DNA of 64,000 nucleotides from Escherichia coli 042 (GCF_000027125.1 NC_017626.1), one strand, 5' to 3'. Positions 10,060 through 23,110 are shown, counted from the stretch's first letter. Translations and numbers: made by a program. The notes: generated from the letters alone by a model not told the origin.

Positions 10060-11285
10060 CACGTCGCGTAGTGATTACAGGAATGGGCGGCGTGACTGCC
10101 TTTGGTGAAAACTGGCAGGACGTTTCCGCGCGTCTGCTGGCGTATGAGAATGCAGTGCGCAAAATGCCGGAGTGGCAGGTCTACGATGGTCTGCACACCC
10201 TGCTTGGCGCGCCTGTTGATGATTTCACGCTACCGGAGCACTACACCCGCAAGCGTATCCGTGCGATGGGCCGCGTGTCGCAAATGTCGACCCGTGCCAG
10301 CGAGCTGGCGTTAGAGCAGGCAGGATTGATTGGCGATCCGATATTAACCAGCGGCGAAACGGGCATTGCGTACGGTTCATCGACCGGCAGTACCGGTCCG
10401 GTGAGCGAATTTGCCACCATGCTGACGGAAAAGCACACCAATAACATCACCGGCACCACCTATGTACAGATGATGCCGCACACCACCGCCGTTAATACCG
10501 GTCTGTTTTTCGGCCTGCGCGGGCGGGTGATCCCGACCTCCAGCGCCTGTACCTCCGGCAGCCAGGCGATCGGTTATGCGTGGGAAGCCATTCGCCACGG
10601 TTATCAAACGGTGATGGTTGCTGGTGGTGCCGAAGAGTTATGCCCTTCAGAAGCAGCGGTATTTGATACACTTTTCGCCACCAGCCAGCACAATGATGCG
10701 CCGAAAACCACACCTTCACCGTTCGATGAAAACCGCGACGGGCTGGTGATTGGTGAAGGCGCAGGTACGCTGATTCTTGAAGAACTGGAGCACGCCAAAG
10801 CGCGCGGCGCGACCATTTACGGTGAAATCGTCGGCTTTGCGACTAACTGCGACGCGGCACATATTACCCAGCCTCAGCGTGAGACCATGCAATATTGTAT
10901 GGAAAAATCGTTAAAAATCGCCGGGTTAAGTGCAAGTGATATCGGCTATATTTCGGCGCATGGTACGGCGACCGATCGTGGTGATATGGCAGAAAGTCTG
11001 GCGACAGCAACCATTTACGGTGATAATGTGCCGCTCTCCTCGCTGAAAAGTTATTTTGGTCATACGCTTGGTGCCTGTGGCGCGCTCGAAGCCTGGATGA
11101 GTCTGCAAATGATGCGCGAAGGTTGGTTTGCGCCTACGCTAAACCTGAATAAACCAGACCCGAACTGTGGCGCGCTGGATTACATCATGCATGAAGCCCG
11201 CAAGGTTGATTGTGAGTTTTTGCAGAGTAACAACTTTGCCTTTGGCGGCATTAATACATCCATCATCATTAAACGTTGGCCCTGA
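10056..11285 (+). CDS. apeR: Beta-ketoacyl-ACP synthase I/II-like (FabB/FabF family)
   Basis: 409 aa; active-site Cys context SSACTSGSQAIG, HGTAT and GHTLGACGA motifs. Confidence 0.85.
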   Translation: MTRRVVITGMGGVTAFGENWQDVSARLLAYENAVRKMPEWQVYDGLHTLLGAPVDDFTLPEHYTRKRIRAMGRVSQMSTRASELALEQAGLIGDPILTSGETGIAYGSSTGSTGPVSEFATMLTEKHTNNITGTTYVQMMPHTTAVNTGLFFGLRGRVIPTSSACTSGSQAIGYAWEAIRHGYQTVMVAGGAEELCPSEAAVFDTLFATSQHNDAPKTTPSPFDENRDGLVIGEGAGTLILEELEHAKARGATIYGEIVGFATNCDAAHITQPQRETMQYCMEKSLKIAGLSASDIGYISAHGTATDRGDMAESLATATIYGDNVPLSSLKSYFGHTLGACGALEAWMSLQMMREGWFAPTLNLNKPDPNCGALDYIMHEARKVDCEFLQSNNFAFGGINTSIIIKRWP

Positions 11286-11286
11286 T

Positions 11287-11874
11287 ATGTATCGGATAGT
11301 TCTGGGGAAAGTTTCGACCTTAAGCGCAGCTCCACTGCCACCGGCTTTACGCGATCAAGCACCGCAAGGTCCACGACGCGAACGCTGGCTGGCGGGGCGT
11401 GCATTACTTTCGCACACGCTTTCCCCGCTACCGGAGATCATCTATGGCGAACAAGGCAAACCGGCATTCGCGCCGGAAACGCCGCTATGGTTCAACTTAA
11501 GCCATAGCGGTGACGATATCGCCCTGCTGTTGAGCGATGAAGGCGAAGTCGGCTGCGATATCGAAGTGATTCGCCCGCGCGCCAACTGGCGCTGGCTGGC
11601 GAACGCCGTGTTCAGCCTCGGGGAACACGCTGAGATGGACGCCGTGCATCCCGATCAGCAACTGGAAATGTTCTGGCGCATCTGGACGCGCAAAGAAGCC
11701 ATCGTTAAACAGCGTGGCGGCAGCGCCTGGCAAATCGTCAGCGTAGACAGCACCTATCACTCATCACTGTCAGTCAGCCATTGTCAGCTAGAAAATTTAA
11801 GCCTGGCGATCTGCACCCCTACCCCCTTTACGCTCTCCGCCGACAGTGTGCAATGGATCGATTCAGTTAACTGA
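11287..11874 (+). CDS. acpT: 4'-phosphopantetheinyl transferase AcpT
   Basis: ORF 11167-11874; ATG 11287 gives a 195 aa product (MYRIVLGKVSTLSAAPLP...) matching E. coli AcpT as recalled; immediately downstream of the ape genes. Confidence 0.85.
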   Translation: MYRIVLGKVSTLSAAPLPPALRDQAPQGPRRERWLAGRALLSHTLSPLPEIIYGEQGKPAFAPETPLWFNLSHSGDDIALLLSDEGEVGCDIEVIRPRANWRWLANAVFSLGEHAEMDAVHPDQQLEMFWRIWTRKEAIVKQRGGSAWQIVSVDSTYHSSLSVSHCQLENLSLAICTPTPFTLSADSVQWIDSVN

Positions 11875-11898
11875 TCCGCCCACCCGACTGCCCATCTA

Positions 11899-11912
11899 TT
11901 GATCCAGAACAG
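11899..11912 (+). promoter_or_regulatory. FNR-like half-palindrome (TTGAT-N4-AACAG) upstream of nikA
   Basis: ttgatccagaacag read in the acpT-nikA intergenic region; nik is known to be anaerobically induced via FNR. Imperfect match. Confidence 0.3.
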
Positions 11913-11919
11913 GTAATCA

Positions 11920-11947
11920 GTATGACGAATACTTAAAATCGTCATAC
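11920..11947 (+). promoter_or_regulatory. NikR operator (GTATGA-N16-TCATAC)
   Basis: Exact dyad gtatga cgaatacttaaaatcg tcatac read directly, about 40 bp upstream of the nikA start; matches the known NikR recognition pattern. Confidence 0.8.
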
Positions 11948-11984
11948 TTATTTCCGCCATCTATTTTAATCCATTGGGGTTACC

Positions 11985-13559
11985 ATGTTCTCTACACTCC
12001 GCCGCACTCTATTTGCGCTGCTGGCTTGTGCGTCTTTTATCGTCCATGCCGCTGCACCAGATGAAATCACCACCGCCTGGCCGGTGAATGTCGGGCCACT
12101 AAACCCGCACCTTTACACGCCTAACCAGATGTTCGCCCAGAGCATGGTTTATGAACCATTGGTGAAATATCAGGCAGACGGTTCGGTGATCCCGTGGCTG
12201 GCAAAAAGCTGGACCCATTCGGAAGATGGCAAAACCTGGACCTTCACCCTGCGTGATGACGTGAAATTCTCCAACGGCGAACCGTTTGATGCAGAGGCGG
12301 CGGCAGAAAACTTCCGCGCAGTGCTCGATAACCGTCAACGTCACGCCTGGCTGGAGCTGGCAAACCAGATTGTTGATGTCAAAGCACTCAGTAAAACAGA
12401 GCTGCAAATCACCCTGAAAAGCGCCTACTATCCTTTCCTGCAAGAACTGGCCCTGCCACGCCCTTTCCGTTTTATCGCCCCCTCGCAGTTTAAAAACCAT
12501 GAAACCATGAACGGAATTAAAGCGCCGATTGGCACCGGGCCGTGGGTTTTGCAGGAATCGAAACTGAATCAGTACGATGTCTTCGTCCGTAACGAAAACT
12601 ACTGGGGCGAAAAGCCGGCGATTAAGAAGATCACTTTTAACGTGATCCCGGACCCGACTACCCGCGCGGTGGCGTTTGAAACTGGCGATATTGACCTGCT
12701 GTACGGAAACGAAGGGTTATTACCGCTCGATACCTTCGCCCGCTTTAGCCAGAACCCGGCTTACCACACCCAACTGTCACAGCCGATCGAAACCGTGATG
12801 CTGGCGCTCAATACCGCCAAAGCCCCCACCAACGAGCTGGCAGTACGTGAAGCTCTTAATTACGCGGTAAACAAAAAATCGCTGATTGATAACGCGTTGT
12901 ATGGCACCCAGCAGGTCGCCGACACCCTGTTTGCTCCTTCTGTGCCCTATGCCAACCTCGGCCTGAAACCGCGCCAGTACGATCCGCAGAAAGCGAAAGC
13001 GTTGCTGGAAAAAGCCGGTTGGACGTTGCCTGCGGGCAAAGACATCCGCGAGAAAAATGGTCAGCCGCTGCGCATTGAACTGTCGTTCATCGGCACCGAT
13101 GCGTTAAGCAAATCGATGGCGGAAATCATTCAGGCTGATATGCGCCAGATTGGCGCAGATGTCTCACTGATTGGCGAAGAAGAGAGCAGTATCTATGCTC
13201 GTCAGCGCGACGGTCGTTTTGGCATGATTTTCCATCGCACCTGGGGCGCGCCATACGATCCACACGCCTTCCTGAGTTCAATGCGCGTACCGTCGCACGC
13301 TGATTTCCAGGCACAGCAAGGATTAGCCGACAAGCCGCTGATTGATAAAGAGATCGGCGAAGTGCTGGCAACCCATGACGAAACGCAACGTCAGGCGCTG
13401 TATCGCGACATTCTGACCCGTCTGCATGACGAGGCGGTTTATCTGCCTATCAGTTACATCTCAATGATGGTGGTATCAAAACCGGAGCTGGGTAACATCC
13501 CCTACGCGCCGATCGCCACCGAAATTCCGTTCGAACAGATTAAACCGGTGAAACCTTAA
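11985..13559 (+). CDS. nikA: Periplasmic nickel-binding protein NikA
   Basis: 524 aa ORF with signal peptide; family-5 solute-binding protein; first gene of the nik operon. Confidence 0.95.
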
Positions 13560-14499
13560 TGTTGCGTTACGTATTACGCCGCTTTCTGCTGCTGATCCCG
13601 ATGGTGCTCGCCGCCTCGGTGATCATTTTTCTGATGCTGCGCCTCGGCACCGGCGACCCGGCGCTCGATTATCTGCGTCTGTCTAACCTGCCGCCGACGC
13701 CGGAGATGCTGGCCTCTACACGCACCATGCTGGGGCTGGATCAGCCGCTGTATGTCCAGTACGGCACCTGGTTGTGGAAGGCGCTGCATCTTGACTTTGG
13801 TATCTCATTCGCCAGCCAACGCCCGGTGCTGGACGATATGCTGAACTTCCTGCCCGCCACGCTGGAACTTGCAGGTGCCGCGCTGGTATTAATTCTGCTC
13901 ACTTCCGTACCGCTCGGTATCTGGGCGGCGCGCCATCGCGATCGTCTGCCGGATTTCGCCGTACGTTTCATCGCGTTTCTCGGCGTGTCGATGCCCAACT
14001 TCTGGCTGGCGTTTTTGCTGGTGATGGCGTTTTCGGTATATCTGCAATGGCTACCCGCGATGGGCTACGGCGGCTGGCAGCACATCATTTTGCCTGCGGT
14101 TTCCATTGCCTTTATGTCGCTGGCGATTAATGCACGGCTACTGCGCGCCAGCATGCTGGACGTCGCCGGTCAGCGTCACGTGACCTGGGCGCGGCTACGC
14201 GGCCTGAATGACAAACAGACCGAGCGTCGTCATATTCTGCGCAATGCCTCGCTGCCGATGATCACCGCCGTGGGGATGCACATTGGCGAACTGATTGGCG
14301 GGACGATGATTATCGAAAACATCTTTGCCTGGCCGGGCGTCGGGCGCTATGCGGTGTCGGCGATTTTTAACCGTGACTATCCGGTGATCCAGTGCTTTAC
14401 GCTGATGATGGTGGTGGTTTTTGTGGTCTGTAATTTGATTGTTGATTTGCTCAACGCCGCGCTGGACCCGCGCATTCGTCGTCATGAAGGAGCCCACGC

Positions 14500-14503
<4 letters not shown>
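13559..14503 (+). CDS. nikB: Nickel ABC transporter permease NikB
   Basis: 314 aa polytopic permease; translationally coupled to nikA. Confidence 0.95.
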
Positions 14504-17306
<2,803 letters not shown>

Positions 17307-17504
17307 CACCTCCCAACGCGCCGTTATTTCCTGACGGCGCAGTAGACTTCTGCCAAATATCGACTCACGTCACATTTTTTTGATCACGATTTAGTCCCCT
17401 AAAATGTGAGACGCTTCGATCCTCTTTTTCGCCTGTTCACCTACTATACGCTTGAAGTTGTCCATGATTGTCCATAGACAACTGTAAATGTTCAGGTGCG
17501 CGCC

Positions 17505-18251
17505 ATGAAATCATTGAGTAAGTCGTCACAAATACCGCTCTATCAACAAGTGGTGGAGTGGATAAGAGAAAATATTTATACCGGGGATCTGGTGGAAGAC
17601 GATCGCATTCCTTCGGAATACCAGATTATGGATATGCTGGAAGTGAGTCGGGGAACCGTTAAAAAAGCTGTCGCCCAACTGGTAAAACAAGGCGTGTTGA
17701 TTCAGGTCCAGGGGAAGGGAACATTTGTCAAAAAAGAGAACGTGGCATATCCGTTAGGTGAAGGATTATTGTCATTCGCGGAATCGCTGGAAAGCCAGAA
17801 AATACACTTTACCACTGAAGTTATTACGTCACGGATTGAACCGGCTAATCGTTATGTGGCAGAGAAATTAAGAATAACGCCCGGTCAGGATATTCTTTAC
17901 CTTGAGCGTTTACGTTCAATTGGTGATGAAAAAGCGATGCTGATAGAGAACCGTATCAATATTGAGCTATGCCCCGGCATCGTGGAAATCGATTTTAATC
18001 AACACAATTTATTTCCAACAATAGAAAGTTTGTCGAAAAGAAAAATTCGTTACTCGGAAAGTCGCTATGCCGCGCGATTAATTGGTAATGAACGCGGTCA
18101 TTTTTTAGATATCTGTGAAGATGCACCCGTTTTGCATCTGGAGCAATTAGTCTTTTTCTCCCGAGAGTTACCCGTTGAGTTTGGCAACGTCTGGTTAAAA
18201 GGAAATAAATATTATCTGGGCACCGTGCTGCAACGGCGGGAATTGAGTTAA
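17505..18251 (+). CDS. GntR-family transcriptional regulator (HTH + UTRA effector domain)
   Basis: ORF 17496-18251; HTH segment EYQIMDMLEVSRGTVKKAVAQLVKQGVL; precedes the PTS genes. Confidence 0.75.
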   Translation: MKSLSKSSQIPLYQQVVEWIRENIYTGDLVEDDRIPSEYQIMDMLEVSRGTVKKAVAQLVKQGVLIQVQGKGTFVKKENVAYPLGEGLLSFAESLESQKIHFTTEVITSRIEPANRYVAEKLRITPGQDILYLERLRSIGDEKAMLIENRINIELCPGIVEIDFNQHNLFPTIESLSKRKIRYSESRYAARLIGNERGHFLDICEDAPVLHLEQLVFFSRELPVEFGNVWLKGNKYYLGTVLQRRELS

Positions 18252-18275
18252 ATACACTTTTTTATGAGGAATAAA

Positions 18276-18749
18276 ATGCAAGGCATACAGTTTCAGGAAA
18301 ATTATATTCAACGACTTCCGGCAGGGTTAAGCGTTGAACAGATCATCCGTCAGTTAGCGCAACCGTTGGTTGCTGCTGAGCTGGTGGTCCCTGATTTTGC
18401 CGATCACGTACTGAAACGTGAGGCGACGTACCCAACGGGGCTGCCTACCGAACCACCGTGCGTCGCCATTCCGCACACGGACCATAAATATGTCAGGCAC
18501 AATGCAATTGCCGTCGGCATCCTTCCGGAACCGGTAGAGTTTGCCGATATGGGCGGCGATCCTGACCCCGTACATGTCAGGGTGATTTTTTTGCTCGCCT
18601 TAAGTGAAAGTAATAAACAATTAAATGCCCTGGGCTGGATTATGGAGATGATTCAGGATACGCCCTTTATGCGCGCCCTGCTTACGATGGAAACAACAGA
18701 AATACACACAGTAATCTTAAACAAAATGAAAGAACGAGGTGAAATATGA
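18276..18749 (+). CDS. PTS EIIA component (fructose/mannitol/galactitol type)
   Basis: ORF 18264-18749; ATG 18276 has a GAGGA RBS; phosphorylatable His context AIPHTDH. Confidence 0.75.
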   Translation: MQGIQFQENYIQRLPAGLSVEQIIRQLAQPLVAAELVVPDFADHVLKREATYPTGLPTEPPCVAIPHTDHKYVRHNAIAVGILPEPVEFADMGGDPDPVHVRVIFLLALSESNKQLNALGWIMEMIQDTPFMRALLTMETTEIHTVILNKMKERGEI

Positions 18750-19027
18750 GTCAAACCATTTTATTTGTCTGCGCCACGGGTATAGCCACATCCACGGCGG
18801 TAACAGAAAAAGTCATGGAATATTGTAAAGAGCACGGTCTTAACGTCAATTATTCCCAAACCAACGTTGCCTCTTTACCTGGAAATACTGACGGCGTAGC
18901 ACTGGTAGTCTCAACGACTAAAGTGCCTTATGAACTCGACGTCCCGGTGGTTAACGGCTTGCCGATTATTACCGGTATTGGCGAAGAGAAAGTACTGGCG
19001 CAAATTGTTTCGATCCTTAAAAAGTAA
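18746..19027 (+). CDS. PTS EIIB component (galactitol type, Cys-phosphorylated)
   Basis: 93 aa; N-terminal ILFVCATGIATS motif typical of GatB-like EIIB. Confidence 0.8.
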   Translation: MSQTILFVCATGIATSTAVTEKVMEYCKEHGLNVNYSQTNVASLPGNTDGVALVVSTTKVPYELDVPVVNGLPIITGIGEEKVLAQIVSILKK

Positions 19028-19103
19028 TTAATAATAATTAATTTCAACCCACTCCATCAGGCGCTAACGCGAGGTGCGCTCTCGCCTGAAAAAGAGGTTT
19101 ATT

Positions 19104-20462
19104 ATGAACGATATCGCGCATACCCTCTATAATATTGTGCAATATATATTGGGATTTGGTCCCACGGTAATGTTGCCGTTGGTGTTATTTATTCTTGCTC
19201 TCTTTTTTAAAGTAAAACCCGCTAAAGCCTTACGTTCGTCATTAACGGTCGGCATTGGTTTTGTCGGTATTTATGCCATTTTCGATATTCTTACCAGCAA
19301 TGTCGGGCCAGCGGCCCAGGCGATGGTTGAACGCACCGGAATTAATTTACCGGTGGTGGATTTAGGCTGGCCGCCGCTTTCCGCTATTACATGGGGTTCG
19401 CCAATTGCCCCGTTTGTTATTCCCCTGACTATTCTGATTAACGTGGCGATGCTGGCGTTAAATAAAACCCGCACCGTTGACGTAGATATGTGGAACTACT
19501 GGCATTTTGCCCTTGCCGGTACGCTGGTTTATTACAGCACCGGCAGCCTGTTCTTTGGTTTGCTGGCAGCGGCGATTGCTGCGGTGGTAGTACTTAAACT
19601 CGCCGACTGGTCTGCGCCACTGGTACAAAAATACTTTGGCCTGGAAGGGATCTCTTTGCCGACGCTCTCTTCGGTGGTGTTCTTTCCGGTCGGTCTGTTG
19701 GTCGACAAAATCATCGACCATATCCCCGGCCTCAATCGTATTCATATCGATCCGGAAACCGTACAGAAAAAGTTTGGCATATTCGGCGAACCGATGATGG
19801 TTGGTACTATTCTGGGCATTCTGCTCGGCGTAATTGCCGGATACGATTTCAAAAAAGTCTTGCTGCTTGGCATCAGCATTGGCGGTGTGATGTTCATCCT
19901 GCCACGCATGGTTCGCATTCTGATGGAAGGTTTATTACCGCTGTCTGAAGCCATTAAAAAGTATCTCAATGCCAAATACCCTGACCGTGACGATCTCTAT
20001 ATCGGCCTGGATATCGCCGTTGCCGTAGGTAACCCAGCGATTATCTCCACCGCCCTGCTGCTGACGCCAATCTCGGTCTTTATCGCGTTTGTCCTTCCGG
20101 GTAATGAAGTCCTGCCGCTTGGCGACCTTGCCAACCTGGCGGTAATGGCGTCGATGATTGCTTTAGCCAGCCGTGGCAACATTTTCCGCACCGTTCTGGC
20201 GGCGATTCCGGTGATTATTGCCGATCTGTGGATTGCGACTAAAATCGCGCCGTTTATTACCGGAATGGCGAAAGACGTTAATTTCAAATTTGCCGAAGGC
20301 TCCAGCGGCCAGGTCTCCAGTTTCCTTGATGGCGGTAACCCGTTCCGCTTCTGGCTGCTGGAAATCTTCAACGGCAATCTCATCGCCATTGGTCTGGTGC
20401 CGGTTATCGCCCTGGTACTGTATGGTATTTTCCGAATGACGCGGAGCACGGTTTATGCCTGA
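19104..20462 (+). CDS. PTS EIIC permease (galactitol/GatC-like)
   Basis: ORF 19074-20462; ATG 19104 preceded by AAGAGG RBS; polytopic membrane protein. Confidence 0.8.
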   Translation: MNDIAHTLYNIVQYILGFGPTVMLPLVLFILALFFKVKPAKALRSSLTVGIGFVGIYAIFDILTSNVGPAAQAMVERTGINLPVVDLGWPPLSAITWGSPIAPFVIPLTILINVAMLALNKTRTVDVDMWNYWHFALAGTLVYYSTGSLFFGLLAAAIAAVVVLKLADWSAPLVQKYFGLEGISLPTLSSVVFFPVGLLVDKIIDHIPGLNRIHIDPETVQKKFGIFGEPMMVGTILGILLGVIAGYDFKKVLLLGISIGGVMFILPRMVRILMEGLLPLSEAIKKYLNAKYPDRDDLYIGLDIAVAVGNPAIISTALLLTPISVFIAFVLPGNEVLPLGDLANLAVMASMIALASRGNIFRTVLAAIPVIIADLWIATKIAPFITGMAKDVNFKFAEGSSGQVSSFLDGGNPFRFWLLEIFNGNLIAIGLVPVIALVLYGIFRMTRSTVYA

Positions 20463-21963
20463 TAACAGCGCAGCTATCGTTATCGATATTGGCACCACCA
20501 ATTGCAAAGTCACCTGCTTTTCCTGCCTGGACGCAACGACGTTGGGCGCGCATAAATTCGTGACGGCAAAACAGATCTCCCCACAGGGCAATGTCGATTT
20601 CGATATCGACGCCCTCTGGCAGGAGGTCCGCCAGGCGATAGCGCAACTGAACGCCGCTTCGCCGCTGCCAGTCAGGCGGATAAGCATTGCCAGTTTTGGC
20701 GAGTCAGGCGTGTTCCTTGACGAGCATGGCGAGATCCTGACGCCAATGCTGGCATGGTATGACCGTCGCGGTGAAGAGTATCTGGCTACACTTAGCGAGG
20801 CAGACAGTGCGGCACTTTATGACATTTGCGGGTTACCGCTGCACAGCAATTACTCTGCCTTCAAAATGCGTTGGTTGCTGGAACATTACCCACTGCGTAA
20901 TCGCCGCGGCCTGCGTTGGCTACATGCGCCGGAAGTACTGCTCTGGCGGCTGACCGGCGAACAGCGCACGGATATCACCTTAGCCAGCCGCACGCTGTGT
21001 CTTGACGTGCGCAAAGGCGAATGGTCAGCGAAAGCGGCGGCGTTGTTACACGTTCCCTGTTCAGCATTTGCGCCATTGGTGCAGCCAGGCGAACACGCCG
21101 GATGGGTCAGCGAGTCGCTCTGCAAAACGCTTGGGTTCTCGCAACCGGTCAGCGTGACGCTGGCCGGACATGACCATATGGTGGGTGCGCGAGCGTTGCA
21201 GATGATGCCGGGCGATATCCTTAACTCGACGGGGACCACAGAAGGCATTCTGCAACTGGATACACAACCGACGCTGGATGAACAGGCCAAACGTGACAAG
21301 CTGGCAAACGGCTGTTATTCGCTTGCAAACCAGTTCACCCTGTTTGCGTCGCTGCCCGTGGGCGGTTTCGCTCTGGAGTGGCTGCGTAACACGTTCCGGC
21401 TAACCGATGAGGAGATCGCCGCATCACTTACTCGCGGACATGCGGATTACCTGGCGGGGAACTGGTCGCTCGATGACATTCCCCTCTTTATTCCACATCT
21501 TCGCGGTTCGGGTTCGCCCTATAAAAATCGCCATACTCGTGGATTATTTTATGGGCTTGGCGATACGTTAAATATCGACATGTTAATTGCCAGCGTCTCA
21601 CTGGGATTAACCATGGAATTTGCCAACTGCTTCGCCTGTTTTAATGTGCCTGGCACCAGCGCGTTAAAAGTGATAGGTCCGGCAACCCAAAATCCCCTTT
21701 GGCTGCAATTAAAAGCGGATATTTTACAGCGTCCGGTTGAAGCAATTGCATTTAACGAGGCGGTTTCTGTCGGAGCATTATTAACTGCCGCACCGGATAT
21801 TCCACCGCCGCAAGTTACCATAGCCCAACGTTTGTTACCGAATCGGGCGAGATACCATCAATTACAGCGTTATCAGCACAAATGGAAAAGCTGGTATCAG
21901 TTGAAATTACAGCAAGAAGGCGTGATGCCATTACACCATCGGGAGGAGCACTATGTTGAGTAA
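20455..21963 (+). CDS. FGGY-family carbohydrate kinase (xylulokinase-like)
   Basis: 502 aa; N-terminal AIVIDIGTTNCKV ATPase motif of FGGY kinases; overlaps EIIC stop. Confidence 0.75.
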   Translation: MPDNSAAIVIDIGTTNCKVTCFSCLDATTLGAHKFVTAKQISPQGNVDFDIDALWQEVRQAIAQLNAASPLPVRRISIASFGESGVFLDEHGEILTPMLAWYDRRGEEYLATLSEADSAALYDICGLPLHSNYSAFKMRWLLEHYPLRNRRGLRWLHAPEVLLWRLTGEQRTDITLASRTLCLDVRKGEWSAKAAALLHVPCSAFAPLVQPGEHAGWVSESLCKTLGFSQPVSVTLAGHDHMVGARALQMMPGDILNSTGTTEGILQLDTQPTLDEQAKRDKLANGCYSLANQFTLFASLPVGGFALEWLRNTFRLTDEEIAASLTRGHADYLAGNWSLDDIPLFIPHLRGSGSPYKNRHTRGLFYGLGDTLNIDMLIASVSLGLTMEFANCFACFNVPGTSALKVIGPATQNPLWLQLKADILQRPVEAIAFNEAVSVGALLTAAPDIPPPQVTIAQRLLPNRARYHQLQRYQHKWKSWYQLKLQQEGVMPLHHREEHYVE

Positions 21964-22222
21964 AACCGTGGAGGTCAGAAACAGTACTGGCCTGCATGCA
22001 CGTCCGGCGGCGTGTCTGGTGAAAGCCGCCAAAAAGTTTAGCTGTAAAGTGACGCTGCATTATGAGGGTAATGATATTAATGCCACCAGCATGATGAATA
22101 TTATGCGCGCCGGAATAAAAGGCGGCAAAACGGTGGAAATACGCTGCGAAGGCGATGATGAAAATGAGGCAATACAAACTCTCACCGCCTTATTTCGTGA
22201 TCGCTTCGGTGAAGCTGAATAA
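21953..22222 (+). CDS. HPr-like phosphocarrier protein paralog
   Basis: 89 aa; GLHARPAA motif containing the phosphorylatable His of HPr-family proteins. Confidence 0.75.
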   Translation: MLSKTVEVRNSTGLHARPAACLVKAAKKFSCKVTLHYEGNDINATSMMNIMRAGIKGGKTVEIRCEGDDENEAIQTLTALFRDRFGEAE

Positions 22223-22252
22223 TTAACTGATATTAAAAGATGAGGTTTTCAA

Positions 22253-23104
22253 ATGCCATTAGTTAATGGACGGATACTGCTCGACCGCATTCAGGAAAAA
22301 CGGGTATTAGCGGGCGCGTTTAATACCACCAATCTGGAGACGACGATTTCAATTTTAAACGCCATTGAGCGTTCAGGATTACCCAACTTCATTCAGATTG
22401 CGCCCACCAATGCACAACTCTCGGGATACGATTACATTTATGAAATCGTGAAACGTCACGCCGATAAAATGGATGTTCCGGTCAGTCTTCATCTGGATCA
22501 CGGGAAAACTCAGGAGGATGTTAAACAGGCGGTGCGCGCGGGCTTTACCTCGGTCATGATTGACGGTGCCGCATTATCTTTTGAAGAGAATATCGCTTTC
22601 ACCCAGGAAGCTGTCGATTTCTGTAAATCCTATGGCGTACCGGTTGAAGCGGAGCTGGGGGCGATTCTCGGCAAAGAAGATGATCACGTCAGCGAAGCCG
22701 ATTGCAAAACGGAACCGGAAAAGGTGAAGACCTTTGTCGAGCGCACCGGTTGCGACATGCTGGCAGTTTCTATTGGCAACGTTCATGGCCTGGACGATAT
22801 ACCGCGTATCGATATCCCCCTGCTGAAGCGCATTGCCGAAGTCTGCCCGGTGCCGCTGGTTATTCACGGCGGCTCCGGTATCGCCCCGGAAATATTACGC
22901 AGCTTTGTTAATTATCGCGTCGCTAAAGTAAATATCGCCAGCGATCTGCGCAAAGCGTTTATCACCGCCGTCGGCAAAGCGTATGTGAATAATCACAACG
23001 AGGCGAATCTGGCACGAGTGATGGCATCAGCAAAAAACGCCGTCGAGGAAGATGTGTATAGCAAAATCCTGATGATGAATGAGGGGCATCGGTTGGTTAA
23101 GTAA
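22253..23104 (+). CDS. Class II ketose-bisphosphate aldolase (GatY/KbaY/fructose-bisphosphate aldolase family)
   Basis: 283 aa; HLDHG zinc-binding motif, family-typical length. Confidence 0.8.
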   Translation: MPLVNGRILLDRIQEKRVLAGAFNTTNLETTISILNAIERSGLPNFIQIAPTNAQLSGYDYIYEIVKRHADKMDVPVSLHLDHGKTQEDVKQAVRAGFTSVMIDGAALSFEENIAFTQEAVDFCKSYGVPVEAELGAILGKEDDHVSEADCKTEPEKVKTFVERTGCDMLAVSIGNVHGLDDIPRIDIPLLKRIAEVCPVPLVIHGGSGIAPEILRSFVNYRVAKVNIASDLRKAFITAVGKAYVNNHNEANLARVMASAKNAVEEDVYSKILMMNEGHRLVK

Positions 23105-23110
23105 ATCTTC

